A stretch of 61,279 nucleotides of DNA, the filler included. It is 5 parts of 5 records of this genome, joined end to end, with 100 filler letters (N's around TTAATTAATTAA, not from the genome) between each part and the next. Parts side by side here need not be neighbours in the genome. Positions count along the whole stretch, not along the records: positions 41,367 to 52,139 come from SRR31156797_5103; positions 52,240 to 61,279 come from SRR31156797_5105; 3 more parts are not named here. One strand, given 5' to 3'. Under the pieces are notes generated by a model, which did no database searches, had not been told where the DNA came from, and worked only from the letters and a program-made list of their open reading frames with translations. This document shows, piece after piece, positions 48,321 to 57,603 of the stretch. Made by a program: the position numbers and the translations under genes. The first letter of the stretch is position 1, and the number at the start of each line of letters is the position of its first letter.

Positions 48321-49424
48321 TTAAATGTTCCTAATATAATGATCCCCCTTCGTTCGCTGCACATATCCTTTAATTTCCAGATCAAGCAATGCCTTCATGA
48401 TCTGTGCCCTGTTAAGCTTACATTTTTCAAATAAGGTATCAATATGCACGCCCTCTTTATTCAGGCTATCCAGGACCGATTCTTCCTCTTTTCCCAGTTT
48501 AGTTTTACGGGCTGATTCCAAAAACAGGTCTTTTTGTCCGGTTATGCGCTCTTTTAGAAAGGGATATTCATTGATCACATCATCCGCTTTTTCTACGATC
48601 TTGGCACCCAGTCGGATCAAACGATGGCAACCGGTATGACGGCCCTTTAGTGCGTCACCCGGGACAGCAAAAACATCCCGATTCTGTTCATTTGCGTTCA
48701 ATGCTGTGACCAAAGCTCCGCTTTTATGTCCGGCCTGCACAACGATCACTCCCCTGCTTAAACCACTGATAATACGATTACGACGGATGAAATTCGCGGG
48801 CACTTGCTTCTGTCCGATCAAGGTTTCGCTCATCACCACACCATTTTCCTTGATCTCATTGAATAGATCCTTGTTCTCGGCAGGATAAATACGATCAAGT
48901 GATGTTCCCATCACGGCAATTGTCCGTGCGCCCGCATCCAGAGCGGCACGATGCGCGATTGAATCAATGCCTTTTGCCATACCGCTGACAATACAAATAT
49001 TCTTTTGTGCGATCCCGCTCGCTATTTTAAAGCACATTTGCTTTCCATAATCATCGGGATAACGCATTCCGACAATGCCGAAAGCCACATCATCGTCGTG
49101 TTTAAATTCACCCATTGCCATCAATACCAAAGGTGGATCATAGATCTGTCGTAAAATATCAGGATATTCTTTATCACCCAGTGTAATGATCTTTGCTTTT
49201 TTCTTTTCAGCCCAAGTCAATTGCGTTTCAACCATTGACCCATAGTCTTTATTGACTATCGCATCAGATTGGGCTTCACTGATGCCGGGAACTTGCATCA
49301 AAGAACGTTTATCTTGAACCAATACATCGTCAATTGAAGAAAATCTTTGGATCAATTCACGGTAGGTCTTCGGACCTATACCTTCGATGCATGCAATTGA
49401 TAATATTGATAAATTCAAATTCAC
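48321..49424 (-). CDS. dprA: DNA-processing protein DprA
   Basis: YP..L.QIYDPP, IVSGMAKGIDS.AH, YPAEN, RRNRIISGLS, SGALVTA, VFAVPG. Confidence 0.96.
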   Translation of the reverse strand: MNLNLSILSIACIEGIGPKTYRELIQRFSSIDDVLVQDKRSLMQVPGISEAQSDAIVNKDYGSMVETQLTWAEKKKAKIITLGDKEYPDILRQIYDPPLVLMAMGEFKHDDDVAFGIVGMRYPDDYGKQMCFKIASGIAQKNICIVSGMAKGIDSIAHRAALDAGARTIAVMGTSLDRIYPAENKDLFNEIKENGVVMSETLIGQKQVPANFIRRNRIISGLSRGVIVVQAGHKSGALVTALNANEQNRDVFAVPGDALKGRHTGCHRLIRLGAKIVEKADDVINEYPFLKERITGQKDLFLESARKTKLGKEEESVLDSLNKEGVHIDTLFEKCKLNRAQIMKALLDLEIKGYVQRTKGDHYIRNI

Positions 49425-50132
49425 CTCTCACAAAGACTCAAAGTACCACAAAGGCACAACTATTATTAGGGCTTTACTCAGAAATTGATAAAAATATAAA
49501 AGCTTTAAATCTGACCATTGATCATTCTTTTAATTTCATTTTTAATTAAGGCTTCAGCAAAATTGATCAATAAACCCAGTTTGTAACCGGTTAGTTTTAG
49601 ATAAGTAAGTATTTGCTTCTTATCAGCATCGGATAATTGAGATTTAGATTTTAATTCAATAATAACTTTATCATTGATAATTAAATCGGCAATAAACGCA
49701 TTTTTGATTTGTATACCCTTGATTTCTGTTGGCATTGATACTTGTCTTTTGACATCCAAACCCTTTGTTTCAAGCATTTCAGCTAAAATGCACTCATAAA
49801 CGGATTCAAATAATCCAGGACCTGTTTCAACATGTAATCTGTATGTACAATCTACTACGATCTCAGAAATTTCATTTTCATTCATAATTTTCTCCTTGTA
49901 CAAGAGATTATTAAGCATACAAATGCTTATTCAATTATGTGATTGACAGGAGTAGAACACTTCGTCCCCATCTCGATCACAAGCAAAATTAATTAAATAT
50001 TTTATAATAACATTATTATTTTTATCAGCTTAGCATATCTGTGATATAGCTCACAGAATTTAACTCTGTGAATCTTTCTGACTGACTAATATTTTATAGT
50101 GACTTTGTGTACTTAGTGACTTTGCGAGAGGT
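49423..50132. mobile_element. GxxExxY-carrying element bounded by ~34-bp imperfect inverted repeats
   Basis: Left end ACCTCTCACAAAGACTCAAAGTACCACAAAGGCAC, right end reverse complement ACCTCTCGCAAAGTCACTAAGTACACAAAGTCAC. AT-rich interior between obgE and dprA. Confidence 0.6.
49505..49885 (-). CDS. GxxExxY protein (PD-(D/E)xK nuclease-like)
   Basis: GPGLFESVY, ADLII.DKVIIELKS, QILTYLKLT..KLGLLINF. AAGGAG RBS. Confidence 0.93.
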   Translation of the reverse strand: MNENEISEIVVDCTYRLHVETGPGLFESVYECILAEMLETKGLDVKRQVSMPTEIKGIQIKNAFIADLIINDKVIIELKSKSQLSDADKKQILTYLKLTGYKLGLLINFAEALIKNEIKRMINGQI

Positions 50133-50159
50133 TTTTACAACTTTGCTCGAGGCTGTAAA

Positions 50160-51131
50160 CTACTCTACGTATTCAGCTAATTTATAGATCAATTGCTCAA
50201 TATTATGCCTGGTAACCGATGAAATATGCATTAACGGTACATCCACCTCGAATTCGTCTTCATAGCTTTCGATATCCACACTATCCATTTTGGTAATGCA
50301 TAACATGCGTGGTTTATGAGCCAATTCCTTATCAAATGAGATCAATTCATTCAATAGCGTTTCATAGGTTTCTTTGATATCATCTTCGTTTACATCCACC
50401 ATGAAAAGCAAGACCGAAGTTCGCTCAATATGACGCAAAAACTGGTCTCCCAACCCTTTTCCAAGATGTGCTCCTTCAATGATCCCGGGGATATCGGCCA
50501 TAACGAAGGAATTGTAATCGCCGTATTTCACGATGCCAAGATTAGGAACTAATGTGGTAAAGGGATAATCGGCGATCTTGGGTTTTGCTGCAGATATTGT
50601 TGATAATAAGGTGCTTTTACCGGCATTCGGAAATCCGACAAGCCCAACATCAGCCAGGATCTTGAGCTCAAGTTCCACATTCAAAAATTCACCGGGGAGT
50701 CCGGGTTTTGAATAGCGCGGCACCTTGTTCTGAGAGTTGGCAAAGTGCTGATTTCCCCAACCTCCGCTGCCACCTTTGGCCGCAACAAAGCTTTGTCCAT
50801 CTTCGACCATGTCTGCAACGATCTCACGGGTTTCAATATCACGCACCAGAGTACCGACAGGCACCTTAATTGTAATATCCTGTCCCTTTTTTCCGGATTT
50901 GTTGTTCCCTTCACCGGGGCGACCATTCTCAGCCTTGTATTTTCTGTGATAGCGGATATCCTGCAAGGTATGCAATTGAGAAGTAGCCAGCATGATCACG
51001 GATCCGCCGTTTCCACCATCACCGCCATCGGGACCGCCCTTTGGCATGAATTTCTCACGGTGAAAGCTGACACAGCCGCTACCACCTTTACCGGCCGTTA
51101 TTTCGATCTGCGCCAAATCAACGAATTTCAT
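50160..51131 (-). CDS. obgE: GTPase ObgE/CgtA
   Basis: GGPDGGDGGNGG, VGLVGFPNAGKST, ADYPFTT, DIPG. Confidence 0.98.
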   Translation of the reverse strand: MKFVDLAQIEITAGKGGSGCVSFHREKFMPKGGPDGGDGGNGGSVIMLATSQLHTLQDIRYHRKYKAENGRPGEGNNKSGKKGQDITIKVPVGTLVRDIETREIVADMVEDGQSFVAAKGGSGGWGNQHFANSQNKVPRYSKPGLPGEFLNVELELKILADVGLVGFPNAGKSTLLSTISAAKPKIADYPFTTLVPNLGIVKYGDYNSFVMADIPGIIEGAHLGKGLGDQFLRHIERTSVLLFMVDVNEDDIKETYETLLNELISFDKELAHKPRMLCITKMDSVDIESYEDEFEVDVPLMHISSVTRHNIEQLIYKLAEYVE

Positions 51132-51143
51132 GAATTATCCTTT

Positions 51144-51202
51144 GCTATCAGCCTACAGCATTCAGCTATCAGCAGCTGATCACCGATAGCTGAGAGCTGA
51201 AA
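51144..51202. repeat. inverted heptamer tandem-repeat array
   Basis: GCTATCA GCCTACA GCATTCA GCTATCA GC followed by inverted GCTGATC ACCGATA GCTGAGA GCTGAAA. Confidence 0.75.
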
Positions 51203-51208
51203 ACTATA

Positions 51209-52138
51209 TTATTTTACCTGTAAAGCAGCAACTGCTGTCAGGTTAACGATATCTTCAGCGGAACAACCGCGTGAAAGATCGTGAATGGGTTTGTTCATTC
51301 CCTGCAAGATCGGGCCAACTGCTTCGTATCCCGCAAAACGCTGAACCAATTTATAACCGATGTTACCCGCATTCAAATCGGGAAATACCAAAACATTGGC
51401 TTTACCCGCAACTTCTGAATTCGGGGCTTTTTTCTTGCCTACTTTTTCTACAATTGCAGCATCAGCTTGCATTTCACCGTCAATTTTTAATCCCGGAGCT
51501 GCCTTATGAGCTATCTGATATGCTTTTTGTACTTTATCTACCAGGTCGTGCTTTGCTGACCCCATGGTTGAAAATGAGAGAAGCGCTACGTGCGGTTCTT
51601 CATTAAAAATGGCTTTATGGGTTTGAGCTGTGCTTAATGCGATCTCTGCCAATTGTTCAGCATCGGGATCGGGATTTACCGCGCAGTCTGCAAAAGACAG
51701 CGGAGGACGATCGTCAGGTGAGAACATGAGCATATCCGATGACATCACTGAAACACCCGGAGAAGTTTTAACGATCTGCAAACCTGCGCGAAGTACATGA
51801 GCAGTAGGATTTAATGCACCGCTTATGCAAACGTCGGCACGATTCATGCGCAACATCATCGCCCCGAAAAAAGTCGGATCATTCATGATCTCACGGGCTA
51901 ATTCGGGAGTCATACCCTTTTTCTTTCTTAATTCAACGTATTCCGTGACATAGGCTTCAAAATCCGGATCGTGTTCAGGATCAACCTGTTCAACCCCATC
52001 TAAATAAACACCTGCTTCACTGGCAGCTGACAATAATAATTCTTCCGAACCCAGAATAGTAACTCTGGCAATATTTTCTTTGGCTATCTGGGCTGCTGCT
52101 GCAGCGATTCGCGGATCTTTCCCTTCGGGCAGTACAAC
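51209..52138 (-). CDS. pta: phosphate acetyltransferase, 5' partial
   Basis: Frame open to the contig end (VVLPEGKDPRI...). ADCAVNPDP, LSFSTMGSA, DGEMQADAA, FPDLNAGNIGYK, DLSRGC. Confidence 0.95.
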   Translation of the reverse strand, partial: VVLPEGKDPRIAAAAAQIAKENIARVTILGSEELLLSAASEAGVYLDGVEQVDPEHDPDFEAYVTEYVELRKKKGMTPELAREIMNDPTFFGAMMLRMNRADVCISGALNPTAHVLRAGLQIVKTSPGVSVMSSDMLMFSPDDRPPLSFADCAVNPDPDAEQLAEIALSTAQTHKAIFNEEPHVALLSFSTMGSAKHDLVDKVQKAYQIAHKAAPGLKIDGEMQADAAIVEKVGKKKAPNSEVAGKANVLVFPDLNAGNIGYKLVQRFAGYEAVGPILQGMNKPIHDLSRGCSAEDIVNLTAVAALQVK

Positions 52139-52139
52139 G

Positions 52140-52239
52140 NNNNNNNNNNNNNNNNNNNNNNNNNNNNNNNNNNNNNNNNNNNNTTAATTAATTAANNNNN
52201 NNNNNNNNNNNNNNNNNNNNNNNNNNNNNNNNNNNNNNN
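52140..52239. other. artificial contig linker
   Basis: N-run with TTAATTAATTAA. Confidence 0.99.
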
Positions 52240-52269
52240 GCATATTTGCATGGCACAAAATAGCGGGGC

Positions 52270-52324
52270 TCCCAACAAGCCGGATGCAGGCGGCGGTAAA
52301 TCGCGCCTGATCCGCATGTTAAGC
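52270..52324 (+). mobile_element. integron attC site 1
   Basis: CCCAAC..GGAT(G)CAGGCG..CGCCTGATCC..GTTAAGC gives R''/L''/L'/R' boxes with one unpaired base. It follows a stop codon at 52261-52263. Confidence 0.8.
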
Positions 52325-52344
52325 ACAAAAAAAGGAGGTTAGTC

Positions 52345-53403
52345 ATGAATTGGTTTCCTGTTTTTTCCAATAAAGGTGCCTCGCTCCAATGTCGTATGGA
52401 GGAAATCTGGGAGCAGGTAATCTCACGTCCTATTGTCTGCGGGGAAAGATTCAATAGGACTATTCGGAGAAAAGTCGGTGTGGTGCAGGATCAGAAGGAA
52501 GATCTTGAAGCAACAATAAAAGGATCTTTGGGTTTAAAGGGATTAGCGCAATTAGAATCAACAATTAGGTCTGCCTCTGGTTCATCAATTAGATTTGAAG
52601 AATATAAGGAGATAGAAGAATTTATTGATATAACAGCACCTGAGCATGGCATGTATTTGCTTTGTTATTTTCAAAAAAAGCAAATATTTACTTTTGAAGG
52701 GCGCATGCCAAGATATTTTGGCATGAGTAATACATTAAATCAAACAGTACATCGCTGGGTTGATGAGTGCAGAACTAAATCACGCAAATATGAATATTAC
52801 CCGCCTTGCGACGAAAAAGGAACTCCACCTCCACATCTTTCAATGGATGAGCCACCTGACGGGATAATTGAAATTGTAGTTGACGGCGGAAAACTTTCAA
52901 TCGAAACGCCATATCGAATTAAAGATAACGGAATTGAATTTGATATGTTAGGTTTACGAGCTGAAGCTGACATTTCAAAATTGATATCTTCGCGTATTGA
53001 ATTGCCGATCGCTGCCTTGCCAGAAGAAACACAATGCATCACTGGAGCAAAAGGTAATATCAATGCTCTCATAATGCAGCCAATGGAATTGCTAGCTCCC
53101 GTTGAATCTACTGGATTCGTATCCTCATCTTTTTTGCCTGACTTGGATGCTTCAAAATATCTATACTCATCTTTGGGGCGTAAGTATAAGGGCGTTACCG
53201 CTAGAAGAATTTACAGAAGAAGTCCTAACTTTCGAAAGTGCTATTTTAGAAAACAGCGCGCTAACTTGTTTGCCAAATCAATATCACCCGGCCGCGTAAC
53301 CATAGATAAAATAGTAGCCACCCCTCCCGTTCATAACATTAATGAAATGTGGAGATCAATAAATGCGTTGCCGTCAGTAAGCCTAAAAAAAATATTAAAG
53401 TAA
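52345..53403 (+). CDS. hypothetical protein, integron gene cassette
   Basis: AGGAGG RBS, AT-rich 352 aa ORF between two attC-like sites. No family recognised. Confidence 0.75.
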   Translation: MNWFPVFSNKGASLQCRMEEIWEQVISRPIVCGERFNRTIRRKVGVVQDQKEDLEATIKGSLGLKGLAQLESTIRSASGSSIRFEEYKEIEEFIDITAPEHGMYLLCYFQKKQIFTFEGRMPRYFGMSNTLNQTVHRWVDECRTKSRKYEYYPPCDEKGTPPPHLSMDEPPDGIIEIVVDGGKLSIETPYRIKDNGIEFDMLGLRAEADISKLISSRIELPIAALPEETQCITGAKGNINALIMQPMELLAPVESTGFVSSSFLPDLDASKYLYSSLGRKYKGVTARRIYRRSPNFRKCYFRKQRANLFAKSISPGRVTIDKIVATPPVHNINEMWRSINALPSVSLKKILK

Positions 53404-53428
53404 TGAATGCTTAACAAATAAAGGATTA

Positions 53429-53520
53429 GTTCAACAATCGGCTCAACCTGGCCGCGAGAAGCTCGGCGGCGCTAAAGCGGGCAAGGTTATTGGCGCGGCA
53501 GGTTACCCGAAGCGTTCGGT
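53429..53520 (+). mobile_element. integron attC site 2
   Basis: GTTCAAC..CGGCTCAACCTGgCCGCG..CGCGGCAGGTTACCCG..GTTCGGT. An orphan GCTTAAC at 53409-53415 is complementary to the R' of attC1. Confidence 0.7.
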
Positions 53521-53522
53521 AG

Positions 53523-53740
53523 GAACTGAATAATTACGACTATTGCGGGCACAGCGCCCTGATGGGCAATAAGCAAAGAAAATGGCAGGATGTGGATTAT
53601 GTTCTGGGACATTTCGGAAGCTCGGCCGGCCAGTCGAAAAAATCATATCTTAATTTTATGGAAAATGGAATTGGCCAGGGGTGCCGGGAAGAGCTGACAG
53701 GCGGGGGTGATTGATTCGGAGTGTTGGCGACTGGTCATAG
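53523..53740 (+). pseudogene. internal fragment of a REP-associated tyrosine transposase (RAYT/IS200-like)
   Basis: ELNNYDYCGHSALMGNKQRKWQDVDYVLGHFG..YLNFMENGIGQG.REELTGGG, a frameshift, then LIRSVGDW. Confidence 0.7.
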
Positions 53741-54204
53741 AGTTGGTCCCGACTGGTCATAACCGGAGGTTAATCACAAAATCGGGCAGATGTCAAATCG
53801 CCAGACCTGAAAAATAATAATGTCAATTAGATATGTCGCAAAATTTTATAGCCCTACAAGGCTTTCGGTGGTGTTGCGCACAACCCCCCGTGTATTCATG
53901 GCAGTTTGTGCTTCCTTGTGGCGTATGGGCTTTCCTAAAGCCCTTCTGGCAGTAAAATGAAAAAACCAAGGGAAAGCAAAAAGATGAAGTTTTTTTGGAA
54001 AAAATTCAAATTTTTTTAATCCTTATATCGGAATTCCAGGCTCAATAGAGTAGAGTTGATACGCGAGGCCAAATGATTTAATATGTTTTTTTTGACCCGG
54101 CCTATTCATGAATAATCAGGGATACCCAACAGAATGGAGGAAGGTTGTTACGGCATCAGTCCCATTTCCGGTTGCAACCTCCCCTTTGCCGACATGAGAA
54201 TTTA

Positions 54205-55761
54205 ATGTTCCGAAAAGGTATCACGCCCGTCAAGGTCGCAACCAGCGCAACCCTCAATGAGATATTCGCTTGCGCGCAAACAGGGTGGGCGTCTCAAACA
54301 ATCCATGTTTCCGAGGGGGGGGAACTCTCCTTTGCTCAGCTTTGCGCGAAGATCGAGACAGTCTCGAACCGGCTTCGCGACGCCGGACTCAAGCCGGGGG
54401 ACCGCGTTGCGATCGTCTCCTTTGATCCGCTTGACTGCCTGACTGTCTTCTGGGGGACAACGCTGATCGGAGGGATCTTCGTTCCGCTCGATCCGGCCGC
54501 TGGAAGAACGACCCTTGAATATATTATCGAGCACGCCGCTCCCAGGTTTTTCTTCACCGACAATCGCGAAAAAGACCGAATCACTTCGCTGAAAAACCCT
54601 GCGGGGAAGGTGGAAATAGTCGCTTTCGACGTCTTCAGACCGCAGCAGACAGCAAAAAGAGATAAAGGGGATGCATCCCCTCCCGCACCTGAAACCCCGG
54701 CCGCAATCCTCTACACCTCCGGATCGACCGGGCGGCCGAAAGGCGTGTTGCATTCTCATGGCGCGCTGTGCCGCTCCGGTCAGGCCATGGCATCGCACTA
54801 TTGCTGGAGCAGTGACGACCGTTTTCTGAACCTGGCCCCCCCGCACACCATGAGCGGGCTGCGCAACAGCGCCATTGTCCCCTTTATTGCCGGTTGTCAA
54901 CTCCAGAGACCGGAACGGGAAGCGTTCGGGTTTTTTTTCAAGGTCATCGAATCGGTCAAGCGTAATCGGATCACCCTGCTCGGCTGCGCCCCGATTTTCG
55001 TCAAGCAATTGAGCCTGTTCAAGGACCGGATTGATCGCGTCGACCTAGAAAGCCTCCGCGCCATCCTTTGTACCGGTTCGATGCTGCCGCTGAGCATCGT
55101 CAAGGATATTCACAAGCATTTTGCACTCCCCGTGGTCAATTACTACGGTTTGACCGAAACCGCCGGTTTCTGCGCCGGTTATTCCCTCGAAAAGTATCTA
55201 GGGCAGGAAGGCGGAATCGGTTTTCCGGTGGAATCGGACATGGAGATACGCAATGAAACGGGCGAAGTGCGGCCCGGCGAGACCGCCGGAGAGCTGGTCA
55301 TCCGCTCAGATAACCTGATGCTCGGTTACTATCGGGACCAGGAACTGACCGCCGCCGTCCTGCGGGACGGAGCGTTTTTTACCGGAGATATTGTGGAAAT
55401 CGCCGCTGACGGCGAAGTGATCCTCATCGGCAGAAAGAAGAACTTCATCAAAAACGCCCATACCGAAATGATCTGTTTCGAAGAGGTTGAGCTCACCCTT
55501 GAGCAGCACCCCCAGGTGCTGGAGGCGGCGACCTGTGGCGCCATGAGCCGGCTCGACGAAGAAGAGTTGGCCGCTTTTGTGGTGACCCGCGAACCGGTCC
55601 CATCTCAAGATGATTTCACCGCAAATCTGAAAACTTGGCTGCTTGAACAGCTGGGGCCGCACAAGGTTCCCCAAAGGATAAGAATTGTCTCAGAGCTGCC
55701 TCGCATCAGCGCCGGCAAGCTCGATCGCCAGAAAATCGAAAGGATGTTCAATGATTGTTGA
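54205..55761 (+). CDS. AMP-binding adenylate-forming enzyme (acyl-CoA/acyl-ACP ligase-like)
   Basis: YTSGSTGRPKG, YYGLTE, FTGD, GRKK, GKLDR. Confidence 0.93.
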   Translation: MFRKGITPVKVATSATLNEIFACAQTGWASQTIHVSEGGELSFAQLCAKIETVSNRLRDAGLKPGDRVAIVSFDPLDCLTVFWGTTLIGGIFVPLDPAAGRTTLEYIIEHAAPRFFFTDNREKDRITSLKNPAGKVEIVAFDVFRPQQTAKRDKGDASPPAPETPAAILYTSGSTGRPKGVLHSHGALCRSGQAMASHYCWSSDDRFLNLAPPHTMSGLRNSAIVPFIAGCQLQRPEREAFGFFFKVIESVKRNRITLLGCAPIFVKQLSLFKDRIDRVDLESLRAILCTGSMLPLSIVKDIHKHFALPVVNYYGLTETAGFCAGYSLEKYLGQEGGIGFPVESDMEIRNETGEVRPGETAGELVIRSDNLMLGYYRDQELTAAVLRDGAFFTGDIVEIAADGEVILIGRKKNFIKNAHTEMICFEEVELTLEQHPQVLEAATCGAMSRLDEEELAAFVVTREPVPSQDDFTANLKTWLLEQLGPHKVPQRIRIVSELPRISAGKLDRQKIERMFNDC

Positions 55762-57580
55762 TTTCCCCGGAACCGTGGCCGCCGCTTTCCTGTGCGCGGA
55801 AGAAAAATCCCTCGCCCAGAAGACCTTTATCACCACCTCCATGAATCGGATTTCCTACGGGGAAACCACCGCCATGATCCGCAAGCTGACCTCGCTCTAC
55901 CAAAGCTGGGGACTTGCGCCTGGGAACCGGGTGGCCTTTTCCACCAAAGACGACATTCACGCCTCGATCCTGTTCTTGTCCCTGCTCTGTAACGGCTTGA
56001 CAGCGGTCTTCCTCGATCCGGAAACTAAAAGGGATCGCGCGGCGCACCTGCTCGATGTCTCGAAACCGAAAGCGGTCATTTTGGACGGCGACTTGATGGA
56101 GAGCTGGGACGTCTCTGGCGTGGAAACGGTTCTCTGCGTCGATACCCGCTGTCGCGTCGGCGGCCTGAGCAAACTCTTTGGCAAAAAACGGAGCGCTACT
56201 GACGTGACGACCTATCCGTTGATCCTCGGTAATTTCGAGGCCGGCGAGCCGCCGAAAGAAACGGATCCGGAGAGCGACGCTTTCATTCTGTTCACCTCCG
56301 GAACAACAAACGCGCCAAAGGGAGTCCGAATCAGTCATCGGGCGCTTTGTGTGCACCTTGCAACACTTACCAAGGTCTACGGATATTCTTCGGAAACCCG
56401 AATTTTGGATATTCTCCCCCTTTCGCATGTTGATGGTATCGTCCAAGGTCCAATAATTGCATTCTTTAACACCGCTCAACTCTTTAATCCGTTTCGTTTT
56501 ACAATTTCAAGAATCATCGAATTGCTTGATGCGGTCTATCATTACCGCATTACCCATTTTATCTGCGTTCCAACCATGCTTGCATTGATTTTGCGCTTTG
56601 CCTCTGAGGAGAAAGACGCTTTCCTCACGGAGGATTTTCAGTACATAAGTTCTAGCGGAGCACAACTGGAGGCTGATTTCTGGCAAAGATTTGAAGAGAA
56701 TTTTGGTGTGATGATCATCAATCTCTATGGTTTGACGGAGACGGTCGTGGGCGGAATATTTGCCGGTCCGGACAAAGAAAGTCACAAAATCGGTACAATC
56801 GGAAAGCCGGTCGATTGTGAAGCGCGGATTATTGACGAAAAGGGCAGAGATGTCCCCAAAGGGGAGGCGGGCGAACTGTTGCTTCGCGGTGCCAACATCA
56901 TGAGCGGATACTTTGATGACCATGAAGCAACCGCAGAGGCCTTTATTGATGGGTGGTTCAGAACCGGGGACATCGCCTGTTGTGATGAAGACGGCATCTA
57001 CCGGATCGTCGGCAGGAAGAAATCGACCATCATCTGTGGCGGCGTCAACGTGCAACCGGAGGAGGTTGCCGAGGTGCTGCATACCCATCCGCATGTTACG
57101 GAAGCGGTCGCTTTCGGTCTCCCGGACCAGGACTGGGGCGAAAAAGTTGTTGCGGCGGTCGCCATCAATGACGAAGCGACCTCCCAAGAGGATTTGATCC
57201 GGTTCTGCCGCCACAAACTTGAGGAGGTCAAGGTTCCCGATACGATCGACATCTTCGATGCCCTGCCGCGCGGTCGCTCCGGAAAGGTCCAACTGGGTGA
57301 AGTCAAGGCGCAATTTTTCGACGGCCACGCTGCGAGCGCTGACGCTTCAAATGAGATGGAGCAGCAGATTATCGAAATCGCAGCCGCTTCTTTCAAAGTC
57401 CCCGTCGAATCCCTGACCATCAATGACTCCGCCGAAACCACTACCGGTTGGGATTCCCTGAGCCATTTGGAGATGATCGTCGTCTTGGAGGAAACCTTCT
57501 CCATCAAATTCTCCCCAGTGGAAATCATGCAGATGGACAATCTCGCAACTGCCGTGAAAACCGTGCGGCAAAAGGCCTGA
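55751..57580 (+). CDS. AMP-binding enzyme fused to a C-terminal acyl carrier protein domain
   Basis: FTSGTTNAPKG, YGLTE, FRTGD, and C-terminal GWDSLSHLEMIVVLEETFSIKF with the phosphopantetheine Ser. Confidence 0.92.
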   Translation: MIVDFPGTVAAAFLCAEEKSLAQKTFITTSMNRISYGETTAMIRKLTSLYQSWGLAPGNRVAFSTKDDIHASILFLSLLCNGLTAVFLDPETKRDRAAHLLDVSKPKAVILDGDLMESWDVSGVETVLCVDTRCRVGGLSKLFGKKRSATDVTTYPLILGNFEAGEPPKETDPESDAFILFTSGTTNAPKGVRISHRALCVHLATLTKVYGYSSETRILDILPLSHVDGIVQGPIIAFFNTAQLFNPFRFTISRIIELLDAVYHYRITHFICVPTMLALILRFASEEKDAFLTEDFQYISSSGAQLEADFWQRFEENFGVMIINLYGLTETVVGGIFAGPDKESHKIGTIGKPVDCEARIIDEKGRDVPKGEAGELLLRGANIMSGYFDDHEATAEAFIDGWFRTGDIACCDEDGIYRIVGRKKSTIICGGVNVQPEEVAEVLHTHPHVTEAVAFGLPDQDWGEKVVAAVAINDEATSQEDLIRFCRHKLEEVKVPDTIDIFDALPRGRSGKVQLGEVKAQFFDGHAASADASNEMEQQIIEIAAASFKVPVESLTINDSAETTTGWDSLSHLEMIVVLEETFSIKFSPVEIMQMDNLATAVKTVRQKA

Positions 57581-57603
57581 GACTCCGCCCCGAGGCGACA
57601 ATA

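Noticed and set aside
57448-57603. ATG 57448 as start of the SGNH protein
   Set aside because: It overlaps the ACP domain of the upstream gene by over 130 bp. TTG 57604 after GAGG is more plausible.
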